Assembly (NCBI RefSeq): GCF_009914755.1
Contig: NC_060938.1
Reading direction: 5' to 3' (one strand)
Length of the DNA: 64,000 nt
Origin: the human T2T-CHM13v2.0 reference genome, Homo sapiens
The notes beneath the pieces are model-generated. The model was not told where the DNA came from. It searched no databases and saw only the letters and a program-made list of their open reading frames with translations. The first letter of the stretch is position 1; every line of letters starts with the position of its first letter. Positions 1 through 41,333 of this stretch are shown here, piece by piece. The position numbers and the translations under genes were made by a program.

Positions 1-1
1 T

Positions 2-6186
<6,185 letters not shown>

Positions 6187-7533
6187 GGTATGTACGCAGC
6201 CGGCGCTCCGTGGGGGCTAACAGCAGCTGCAGGGCAGTGGGGCTGGAGCTTGCTGCCCACACCCCTCCGGGACACTAACCTGGCTTCTCTCCAGCCCGCG
6301 TGGTGCGTCAGTGTGGCCTTGCCGCTCCCGCAGCCCTGGTGGTGGGCTTCCCGCCCCGTCTCCTCCCTCTCCGCAGGTTACCTGCTCAACTGGTGCCTCC
6401 TGCAGGCAGGACGCAACCTCAGTGCTGGCCCCGGGCATGCGGGCCTCGAGAGGGCAGGTGGCAGGGCCAGCCGGACTCCCTTAGCAAGCAGGATCCGGGC
6501 CCTGGGGCGTGGGCGGGACCTCCTGGCTGGCAGGACAGGCTGAGGTTGCTCCTGTCTGGTGTCCTGGCGCTAACTGCAGTTCCAGTAACCCTGTGGCTTT
6601 CCTGCTCTGTCTGTTGGTGGAGGGCTATCTTCACTCTAAGTGTGTCAATGGCGTGGGGCCTTCTGGGGCATGTCCCCAGGAAGTCTGTGAGGAGACCGGG
6701 ACAGTCGCAAGGGCAGATGCTGCCAGGGACAAGTACACTGCAACCCCCCTCCTGTTGGACAGTGTCCTCCCACCCCGAGGCCATGGGTGGGTCTATGGAG
6801 AAGCAGATTACCCCCCGCACACCGAGTCTTCTGGGGGGCGACCAGCCAAAGGTCAATCAGCCAGGTCCGTCCACAGGGCTGGAGAGGCCAATGCATCCAG
6901 CTAGACAGGACCAGCCTGCACTGGGTGGAGGAGGGGCTAGAGCAGAGAACCAGAAGGTCCAGCCCGGCCGATCATGAGCTCTGTGAGCCCAGGTCGTGGC
7001 GTCTTCCAGCACCTCCAGCCTTGCTCAGAGCCAGCCCGGTGTCGGTGCATCACAAATATGCTGACCGCTGGGCCTGGGGCTTAGGCTCAAGGTGCACACC
7101 TGAGGTCTGCTGGTGCCCATCAGAGGCAAGAGCAGTCGTGACCCCGGAGAAGCTTCTCCGGACAGCTTGTCCTCGCTGTTGGGGCACGGCCTTCACCCTG
7201 GGTTCCAGCTTTTGCTTCCAGGGTCATCTTCCGAGTGTGGCTCTCTGGTGTGAAGCACCCACGTGTACTTTTTAGAAAGGTGCTGGCATCTCCCTTAGAG
7301 GCTGGAACTTGGACTTGCTGGCCCTGAGTGTGAGGAACAGTGGAGCATGCAGGTCTGGGGCGGGCGGCCACATCTGACAATGGTCCAGTGAAAGATGGAC
7401 GTGTCCAGTGCCAGCTCCACGCTCCACCTGGTTCCCTCCTGAACCTGCTACACGTGCTTAGCCTCCACCCGCCCCAGCTCCTGCCACGCACGTGGCTGAG
7501 GGCAAGAGGAAGAAGTCCTCTTCTCTCCCCAAC

Positions 7534-8900
<1,367 letters not shown>

Positions 8901-9642
8901 GGTCTTGGCCATTTCTCCAGGTTCCCTGAGTGGGGAATGGTGCTGAGACCCTCCTTTGAGTGATTGTTTTGGACAGTTTTTGTTTTCTTGCTGTCTGTTT
9001 AGAGTAGTGGTTCTCAAACCCTGCTTGGGCCATCCCACTGGGGAGCTGGGACACCACCTGGCACTGTGGTGGCAGTGGGGGTGACACTCAGACAAGGGCC
9101 ATCGAGGGCCCCTGGACCAGAAAGCGAAGAGGGCGTTGGGGGCAGGAGGCCTGTGGGGCCATGTGTGGGGGCCGTCTGGGTGGCGGGAGCTGTTGGGGCG
9201 GGGCTGAGCGCCCTCAGCAGCCCACTGGAGAAAGCGCTGCTGGGGTCCTCGTGTGGGGCCCAGGGCCCGACGTGGAAGCAATGGAGGGCTGCAGGGGGTG
9301 GCAGTGGGGATGAATGAGTAAGGACAGAGTGCAGCCTGGGTCTCAGACGGGGGGTGGGGGACAGGCCACAGAGATTCCCTATCTCAGCAGAGAGGAGACA
9401 GGCTCAGGCTGCCACGCCTTGCCAAAACCCAGCCTGGCCAGGCCAGCCCGGCACCTTCCACCTAGATAAGTTGTGCTGCTCCAGAGAAAGAGCCTGGGGT
9501 CAGAGTGGACCTGCGATGCATGGCACAACCTGCTGGACAGTGGCGATGAGGGGTTCAGGGACCTGGGCACCCAGAAGCGGGCACCTGATATTGTACCCAG
9601 CAAAACTGCTCCTAATAATGTCATTTTTTCTCTCTCTTACAG

Positions 9643-9671
9643 GCCTCAGGCCCAGGCCCAAGGCCAAGTGA
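9643..9671 (+). CDS. INF2: INF2 terminal exon coding part for the non-CAAX isoform (GLRPRPKAK*); 3' UTR runs to about 10460
   Basis: Strong polypyrimidine tract and AG at 9641-9642; phase-1 junction to exon 5050-5703 gives ...SQEGLRPRPKAK-TGA. Confidence 0.93.
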
Positions 9672-10435
9672 GAGAGCCCAGGCCACAGGACATGCTGCCA
9701 TTCTGCCAAGAGAGGCTCTTCTGGGGGCCAGGCTGGGACTGGGCCCCGGAAACCAAAACTCCGTGCCTTACCCAGCCGGGGCCCTCCTGGAGCCTTCTTG
9801 GGGTGTTGTGGCTGGGAACCCGACAGGCACCAGTGCCCTGCCAGGCCTGGTGCCCTCCTGGACCGCCTGCACGTGCCAGCCTCCCACCTGCTTCCTAAAG
9901 GCAACCCTGGCCCACACCCGCATGCGCCCGGTGCAGCCTGCCAAGGGCCAGTCGGGGGGTGCTGCGTCCTGCCAGTGTCCACCACAGCTCTGCCTGCCCT
10001 TCAGCCCAGCAAGGTTTAATCAAAATGCAATGCTTTGCAAGTCTTTACTGCTTGGAGGTGGCTGAGTTGGGGGCCCTGGGCAGGGGTAAGCTGGCAGGCA
10101 GTGCCATGGCAGGCCAGGGTCCCCTCCCATGGGGTCTGGCCCCCGTTCCAGCATGTCCAGCCCCTGAAGTTGGAGTTGGGGGCGGTCTGCCTTTGCTGCC
10201 ACTGCCAGGCCTCTGCCCTGCAGCTGAAACTTGGCCATCACATCAACAGAAAACCCCTCCCAGTGCCAGCTGCCCAGCGTGGGCAGGCCCTGGGGACAAT
10301 ACAGGTCCACCTGAGGGGCTGCAGGGTGACACCCAGCAGCCGCTGCCCCCTCACTGCCCACCCAGCGAGGGCAGCCTACCCGAGCCTGCCCCCTGCCAGG
10401 TGTGTGCCCTGAGGCTGGCGGCTGGATGCGTGGCC

Positions 10436-10441
10436 AATAAA
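10436..10441 (+). terminator. INF2: INF2 polyadenylation signal
   Basis: AATAAA about 765 nt after the non-CAAX stop, followed by GT-rich sequence. Confidence 0.85.
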
Positions 10442-10534
10442 AAGCAGACCTAGCCCGGTGTGCGACTGTCGTGTTCAGAGGCTGCGGGAGTGGGCGGTGG
10501 ACGTGGGCTCCCACAAACATGGTGAGCGCTGGAC

Positions 10535-10650
10535 AGGCCCCGTGTGAACACTCACTGTTGAGGGGCCCCCAGGCCCCGTGTGAACACTCACTGTTGAGGG
10601 GTCCCTGGGCCCCCAGGCACCGTGTGAGCATTCACTGTTGAGGGTCCCCC
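10535..10650. repeat. Three-copy tandem repeat (~36-44 bp)
   Basis: AGGCCCCGTGTGAACACTCACTGTTGAGGGG x2 plus one diverged copy. Confidence 0.85.
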
Positions 10651-10759
10651 AGTCCCCCAGGCCAGGGGCTGTCCCTGGAGCCCTCAGGAGGCAGTAAGAA
10701 ACATCTAGAAGAGGGCAGACCCAGTGGTGAACCGCATCCAACAGTGGTGAGATGGGTGC

Positions 10760-12465
10760 AGCTCTACAGGGGCGTAATTTACAAACCACCAGACTCCCTG
10801 GTTATGTGTGTGCTGCGGTGGTGTTTGCTCTCCAGCAGATCAAATTTGTGCAATGATCCATTTTGAGAATCTCTCCGTCACCCCAAGAAGTCCTCTCGCA
10901 CCCATCAGTCCGACCCCTTCCCCGTGCTCCTCCCCAGCCCTGGCAGCCACTCACCTGCACTCCAGACGCTCCAGATGTCATGCATGTCTCCTGGCTTCCT
11001 TCGGCTGTTTTCACGCGCCATCCTCACGGCAGGCTGTATCAGGACTTCATTCCATTTCATGGCTGAAGCACATTCCATTGCATGCAGGGACCACATTTTG
11101 TTTGTCTGCTCTTCTGTCCATGGACATCTGGGTTGCTTCCAGTTTGGGGCTTCTGTGAATCCTGCTGCTGTGGACATTTGCGTAGTCCTCGTGTGGATGC
11201 TGCTGTGGACGTCTGCGTCGTCCTCGTGTGGATGCTGCTGTGGACGTCTGCGTCGTCCTCGTGTGGATGCTGCTGTGCACGTCTGCATAGTCTCGTGTGG
11301 ATGCTGCTGTGCACGTCTGCGTCGTCCTCGTGTGGATGCTGCTGTGGACGTCTGCGTCGTCCTCGTGTGGATGCTGCTGTGGACGTCTGCGTCGTCCTCG
11401 TGTGGATGCTGCTGTGGACGTCTGCGTCGTCCTCGTGTGGATGCTGCTGTGGACGTCTGCGTCGTCCTCGTGTGGATGCTGCTGTGGACGTCTGCGTCGT
11501 CCTCGTGTGGATGCTGCTGTGGACGTCTGCGTCGTCCTCGTGTGGATGCTGCTGTGGACGTCTGCGTCGTCCTCGTGTGGATGCTGCTGTGGACGTCTGC
11601 GTCATCTCGTGTGGATGCTGCTGTGGACGTCTGCGTCGTCCTCGTGTGGATGCTGCTGTGGACGTCTGCGTCGTCTCGTGTGGATGCTGCTGTGGACGTC
11701 TGCGTCGTCCTCGTGTGGATGCTGCTGTGGACGTCTGCGTCGTCTCGTGTGGATGCTGCTGTGGACGTCTGCGTCGTCCTCGTGTGGATGCTGCTGTGGA
11801 CGTCTGCGTCGTCCTCGTGTGGATGCTGCTGTGGACGTCTGCGTCGTCCTCGTGTGGATGCTGCTGTGGACGTCTGCGTCGTCCTCCTGTGGATGCTGCT
11901 GTGGACGTCTGCGTCGTCCTCGTGTGGATGCTGCTGTGGACGTCTGCGTGTGGATGCTGCTGTGGACGTCTGCGTAGTCTCGTGTGGATGCTGCTGTGGA
12001 CGTCTGCGTCATCCTCGATGCTGCTGTGGACGTCTGCGTCGTCCTCGTGTGGATGCTGCTATGGACGTCTGCGTAGTCTCGTGTGGATGCTGCTGTGGAC
12101 GTCTGCGTCGTCCTCGTGTGGATGCTGCTGTGGACGTCTGCGTAGTCTCGTGTGGATGCTGCTGTGGACGTCTGCGTAGTCTCGTGTGGATGCTGCTGTG
12201 GACATCTGCGTCGTCCTCGTGTGGATGCTGCTGTGGACGTCTGCGTAGTCTCGTGTGGATGCTGCTGTGGACGTCTGCGTCGTCCTCGTGTGGATGCTGC
12301 TGTGGACGTCTGTGTAGTCTCATGTGGATGCTGCGAGTTTTCGTTGCTCTGGGGTAGATTCGTAGCGGAGGAACAACTGGGCGACACGCTAAGTTTATGT
12401 TTAACTTTTTAAGTAACTGCCTAACTGTTTTCCAAAGCAGCTGCACCATTTTTCATTCCCATCCA
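10760..12465 (-). mobile_element. Old L1 (L1M-type) 3' fragment split by a VNTR
   Basis: ATGGCTGAAGCACATTCCATTG...GGACATCTGGGTTGCTTCCAG before the array and TATGTTTAACTTTTTAAGTAACTGCC...TTTTCCAAAGCAGCTGCACCATTTT after it are colinear L1 segments. Confidence 0.8.
11163..12333. repeat. CpG-rich VNTR, 35-bp unit, about 33-34 copies
   Basis: Unit GTGGATGCTGCTGTGGACGTCTGCGTCGTCCTCGT (period 35, e.g. 11186 vs 11221), with 33-bp and truncated variants. Confidence 0.98.
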
Positions 12466-13054
12466 TGCTATTGTTTTTCAGTTAAATAGCTCCACTCCTC
12501 CCCCTCCCCACCCTCCACAGAACTGCCAGTAAAACTGGACTATGGAGTATTGGGTGGGGTCACCTACAAGGTCATCTGCAGCAAGTGAGATCATCGCCCC
12601 TCCTGCCTGGAGAGGTGGGACTGGGGACCCTGTGACAGGAGGAGCTGCCCTTCCTGGAGCCTGGTTTTTCTTTTTCCTCTGTGCTCCATGAGAAGTCAGT
12701 TTAGTGGGCTACAGCCAGCAAAGGAACCAAAACCAACAGGAGCTCTGGGGGTGCCTTGCATGGCGAGGCTCCGTGGCTGCACGCGTGTATGCAGGTGGCT
12801 GTGGGTGTCTGTGTGTCCTGGGCCACTGTGTGCGATGGTCCCACTGGGAGGTGTGGCCCCCAAAGAGTGGAACCCACAGGTGGACACACCCATGCACCCT
12901 CGTTCTTGCCCAAGGTCACACATCGAGACAGCAGGGCCCAGATGGATGGCCCCAAGCTCGGTGGCTCCCGTGCTGCCCACACCTGGGGACAGGCCCACTG
13001 TGGGGGGTAAGGGGTGGAGGTGTTCTAATTCGGGCTGAGCCGTGTGACTGGCAG

Positions 13055-13260
13055 GGGCCCCAGCTGTTGGGCCTGGGCAGGACTGTTTTTAGAAAAGCCC
13101 CAACTCCCTGCCCCTACCCGGGCCCGTGGCTATTTATAGTCCGGGCCTGGAGAAGTCAGTGAGTCACTAGCGTTCGCCTCTGCAGGGTCAGTCCAAGCCC
13201 CCTTAGTGAGGTGGTCTAGCATGTCCCCCAGTCCCCCAAGCCTCTATCTGACATCTGCTA
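13055..13260. promoter_or_regulatory. Candidate striated-muscle enhancer of ADSS1
   Basis: Consensus MEF2 site CTATTTATAG (13130-13139), E-box CAGCTG (13061-13066), AP-1 TGAGTCA (13160-13166), GATA-like TATC and CATCTG near 13245-13257; about 2 kb upstream of the ADSS1 ATG. Confidence 0.6.
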
Positions 13261-15149
13261 GCCCAGAGCCCCAGGGGTCCCCAGGAAGGGCTCAGAGCTG
13301 GTGGCCCCCCCCAGGCCTTGGCAGCACCTCCTTGTCTGATGGGACTTTGTGGTTCCTGGTGGACATTTAACATTGTCGGTTTCTCTCATCTGGAAACAAA
13401 CCTCCATGACGCTCTTGGTTTCTCCTGTTGCAGTCTGCCTCTTCCCTACCTGCACAGCTCTCTGCTGTGCCCCAAATTCCCTCCTTGACACCCCCAGACC
13501 CACTGCCCCACCCTCAGGTGCAGCCCCTTCTCAGCAGGCTCCAGGTTCTGCCAAATCTCAGAGCCCTCCAACCCTGCTCCAGCCCCTTCCCAAGCTGAGG
13601 CCGGTGGTCTGTTCACCCCCGACCAGCTGTCACCCCCAAGGTGGCACTAGGAAGTTCATGCATGAAGACTGCTTTTCCACTGAGGCCCCACTGACTGCTT
13701 GGAACCCATACAACGGCATTTTCCCCGCAAGGATGCTGAGGGAGAGGAAGTGTCGATGTGCCCGGTGGAAGAAGAGGGGACTGGGGACATGGGTGCAGGG
13801 GGCAGGAGGCCAGGCTTCAAACAGCCCCTCTCCCCCAGGCTGGGGCACGGTCAGGTGCCAAGAGAGGAGGGGTGGGGAGGCTGCAGGCAGGGGTGGGCAG
13901 TGGTGTCCTTGGCTGCACCTGAATCACTAACTCAGTGTGAGCGACCTTTGCTGTGACAGGCCCAAGCTCCACTCCTTCCTCACAGGGAGTGTCCCGTCTC
14001 CATGGACTCCCTGTCACTAGCCTTGGAGTTGCCCTGAGCCCAAGGAGCCTCGTGGCTCCAGGCTCTTTGGCAACTGAGAGCCGTCAGGGAGGGAACAAAG
14101 GACCCCGCCTCCCTGCTCTGAAGCAAGAACCTGATTCTCTTTTCCGCCCTTGGGGCCCCAGGACCCTTCTCTTGGCCACCAGGGCTGGCTTCCTCCAAGC
14201 CTCATCTACTTGGGAGGGGTGGGGCGGGATGGGTGAGACAGGACAACCAGCCGGGAACACGGGAGCCTCGCAGACCATCGCCTCCCTCTGGGGCCTAGTC
14301 CCTCCACAGGCTGGGCCGGGAAGGTCTGGTGTGGGACCTCTTGGGAACCTGGGCCCCACGGTGGCGTGCATCCCTGGGGGTTGCTCCCATGCCAGCCAGG
14401 TGACGCTGACAGGATGGGTCCCTTTACCCCAGACTTGGGTGCTGAGGGCCGGAGCTCCATGCTGGAGCCCGCCTGCTCGCTACAGCCAGGCCCGAGCCAC
14501 AGCGCGCCCGGGCGGGACGCGGGGCCCCTGCCGTGGGGCAGAAGTGCGGGCAGTTGCGGGGACACAAAGTCCTCGGAGAGGACGCGCTGCGCGGCTCTTC
14601 GCGGCCGCCAGGGGGCGCGCCCGCGCCCAGGGCACTCGGGGTTCCACGGGGGGCAGGTGCGCTCCTCGAGAGTGCGGACCCTCTAGGTGGGGTGCAGGAC
14701 GCAGCTCCCCTTTTGCAAACCGCACTCCTTCCCTGGAGGGAACGACCACCCCTGCAGTTGCTGGAACCCCGAAGTCCTGGGCCCGGCAAGGGCTTGGTGG
14801 GGGGTGAGGTCGCGGTGCACAAGCCCTGGTCCCCGACGGGCTAGCGAGAAACTGCCTCCGTTGGCAAATTCGTGGGGGCGGCTCCCCAGGCCATCTGCCT
14901 GCCTGGCCGTTGGTCCGTGCGGCCCCTCACCCCTAAAGTGCTCGAGACTCAACTGGGCTTCCCGGGCAGCGGCGAGGGGGCGGGGATGTGGCGGCCGGAG
15001 GTCACCGGGGCGTCACTGCGCCCGCCCTGGCCCTCCCCCGGCCCGCCCCCTGCCCCGCCCCCTGCCCCGGCCCGGCTCCATTTAATGGCGCGGACGCCGG
15101 CGGCGGCGGGCTCCTGGCCGGGCCAGCGCAGCGGAAGAGCCAAGCCAGC

Positions 15150-37889
<22,740 letters not shown>

Positions 37890-38170
37890 TCACAGACTGA
37901 GCTGATCCCAACAGGCCCTGGCAGCGTCTGGACTTGTGTAAACAGCAGCAGTCACGTTCCTCGGCCGCCACAACCAACACCAAAGCAGGAAAACCATTTT
38001 CTGTACTTTTATATTTCTGTTCAACCTGTTGGTTTCTACAATGATTTTAAACATTGGAAAGCCAGCCTTGTGTATATTTTTAAAAATTATATTCAAAATG
38101 AGCCAAAGTGCTCAGAGACCTTCTATGACACATTAGTGTCACATGGTTGCGTGTCCAGCCGAAGCAGTGT

Positions 38171-38176
38171 AATAAA
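38171..38176 (+). terminator. ADSS1: ADSS1 polyadenylation signal
   Basis: AATAAA about 280 nt after the stop, with T/G-rich sequence downstream. Confidence 0.85.
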
Positions 38177-38395
38177 CATCTCCAATGGCCACTGAATGGG
38201 AGCAGTTGTTACATGTTTGATTTGACTTTGTCTTTATTGCTTTTAAACACTGAAAGACAACAATTCACTGTGACAGGAGTCTGGAGGATGTAGCTTCCTA
38301 AGAGCTGCCCATGTTTTTTGGGTAACAAAGCCAAGCCTTGTGTTTACTCAGAAAATTAAATAGAACAAGCCCATATAAGAGACCAAGTCAATTAA

Positions 38396-38687
<292 letters not shown>

Positions 38688-40654
38688 GTGTTTAGTTTTT
38701 AAAATGATATTAAGGCCAGGTGCAGTGGCTCAGAGTTCGGAGTAAGTTTAGAAAAACAACTGCCCTTCCAGTATCCTTTCAAAGACAGGGAATCCTACAG
38801 AGACGCCAGTCTGGCGGGGTTAGACCCTGACTTTTGAGCACTGTGGCTGTCAGCTGGTCTCGCTAGCCCAGGAAGTTCAGCAGGCTCTACTGACACGGCA
38901 GGGGCCTGGGGGCATAGGCTGGGTTATGAGATTCCTGTGACTCCAGGGATGCAAGCAACTTTTCTAGACAGTACCAAGAACAGCCCTCAGTGACTTGAGC
39001 GGCAGGAAAGCCATGCAACTGCACGGCTCTGCCCCAGGCCACGGGCGCTTCCTTCCTCAGGCCGGAGTCCCTCAGCAGCACTAGCCACCTTGAGATGGGG
39101 TGGGACACACAGGCAGAAGCCAGCCTTTGAGTATTCCCAGATGCTCTCCTTTCATAACACAGCAAGAGAGACAAAAAGGGAGCCCCGAGGCAGGGGTAAG
39201 CTCCTGGGGAGAGGGGGCTGCGGGCTTTCTCTACTCAGCCCTCACATCTACACTGGGCCCTCAAAGTCAAGTCATCTAAATTGAAATTTGAGAGCTGCAA
39301 AATAGGTTTTCAAACCTCTGTTTTGTAGTAGCTGCTAAATCTTCCACCAGAACACAAGTTGTCATCGTTTTCTTTCCTCTCGGGATGGAAGGCAGGCGTT
39401 TCACAGGGTAAAAAGACACCAACGCAGAGGGGAAATACTTCTCCCCCAGCACCAACTCACTCACTTCCACGTGAACCAGAGACAAGAGGCTCTGGCGTCT
39501 GAGCGGTGGGTTAGTGCAGACAGGCAGGTCAATCATTCGGGTCTCCACCCCCTTCTTCTCAGTAGCAGATGTTTGGAGGGTCTGAGTGGTTATAGTAAGG
39601 GGCTCTCTCCACTTTTCATCAATAACACAGCCCCAGTGTAGATGGGGTCAGAGTGGTCTCTGTTGAATACATGGGTAAAAGACAAATTAGTGATAATTGT
39701 AGTGAATTCTTATCATTTTATGACAATATTTATTCAGAATGGCATCCATTCTGAATAAAAGTGGGACTTTCTGGTACAGAAGCAGGGCTCAGTCATTCTT
39801 GACAGTTTCTAGCTCCTCACCTCCTCCCAGTTGCCCAGGGTGGTCCACCCAGATCTCTGCTTTATACACCTGCCAGCTGGTGACCAGCTCCCTATGGGAC
39901 ACCTGGATACAACCTACTGGACTCAGCCCCTGGCCCCCACACCCCTCACGGACTGTGCAGACGTGCCACAGTGACCACCACCCAGTCACAGCAAGATGCC
40001 ATGAAGCTGATGCCTGCCGGCTCGAAATCACACCCCACAGGAAATGCACTTGAGTAACAACACCCTGGACCTGAATACAGATTTGGTGCACAGGCCGCTG
40101 GCTCGCTCCCCACCATCTGGCTGGGCCTGCCTGTTCCCCGTGGCTCCCCCTCCCCACTGGCCTGTGAGGAACGCTGCCTCCTCGCTCCCGCCCGGTTGAG
40201 TCACACACCTGCTCTGCAGTTTCATGTGTTCTGCTGTGCTGCCTCCTCCAGCTCTCACCTGACCCTTGCACCCAAACCTCACTCTCCTGGTCAGGACTCT
40301 CCCAGAGAGACCATCATGATAGGAATGAACTGATCACTGCTCAGACAAAAGCCACAGGCTGCCTGCCAAAGCCTAGAAGCAAGCTGCTGGTGAGAGGAAT
40401 GCCAGCACAGCTGGATACACAGGCCTGAGGCCATCAGCCAGGGTCAGGAGGCATCCCACGAGAGCACACACTGTAACCCCATGCCCACCGCCCCCAGAGC
40501 CCCATCAGGGAAGGGCCAAAGTTTACAGCCACTCTCCAGGAGAGACCTCAAGACGAATTAGAGGAAAACTATGACAATGATTTTGTTTAATGATAATTTT
40601 CCTTTTTCCTAGCACTCTGGAAAGCTGCCAGTTTCTTTACAAGTTAACCATCAA

Positions 40655-40800
40655 TCTGATGCAGGGCTGGTGAGCCCCAAAATTGGGGCTTAACCCTGGA
40701 GGGTTCATGGCTTCACCCAGGAAGGCATTCAAGGGTGAGCCAGTGGTGTTAGCCAGGCAAGTTTGTTAAAGCAGCAGAATCCTACCCAGCAACCTCTGAG
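40655..40800 (-). mobile_element. ERV1 (MER4-group-like) LTR fragment
   Basis: TGATGCAGGGCTGGTGAGCCCCAAAATTGGGGCTTAACC...TTCAAGGGTGAGCCAGTGGTG resembles the reversed end of such LTRs; recalled, subfamily unassigned. Confidence 0.5.
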
Positions 40801-41333
40801 GAACCGGCATGTGGCCTGGGGGACAGCCCCACTCCATAAGCTGCCCGATGTTCTGTATCTGTCCACGATGGTGATGAGACCCTAGGAGAGTTGCAAGTCT
40901 GAACACAGGGAAATCTTTAGAAATCCCCACGATCCATAAGATTGAAAACAATCCTCCTCTCTGAGAACTTCATCTATTTCTGGGATAAACCAAATCTGTG
41001 TTTAGTCACACGTGACTCCAACTGAGTAACTTTCAAGTCATTTCCCTAAGGCAGAAAAAATTCTCCATTATGCCAGCAAAGTGGCAAGGAAGAGCCAAGA
41101 ATGCTTGATCCCATCCCCACCACAGGGAACCCTGCACGGCAGGAGGAGAAAGGACATCTAAGCTGGAGACTGGTAAGGTTTCAGCCACCCATGGCTAGGA
41201 AAGCATACACTGCCTCTGAGGGGGCGTGGGCAGCTGCAACACGGGAGTCACGTGGGAGGGGTTTGCGGGACTCCAGGCATCACCTCTTCACACCGGAGGC
41301 AACACCGATGGAGTCGTGAGAACATAGTCCAGG

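Noticed and set aside
11163-12333. CRISPR-like regular array
   Set aside because: Units abut with no unique spacers, there are no cas genes, and the DNA is human.
10924-12449. Long ORFs (477, 365, 261 aa) with Cys/Arg-rich periodic peptides
   Set aside because: They result from a largely stop-free 35-bp VNTR read in several frames; no splice or promoter support.
14988-15149. In-frame GTG extension and out-of-frame ATG (15085) upstream of ADSS1
   Set aside because: They lie in the GC-box/TATA-like core promoter, probably upstream of the TSS.
39760-40560. Possible old LTR/ERV relic or pseudogene
   Set aside because: No family or protein similarity recognisable by eye; needs RepeatMasker/BLAST.
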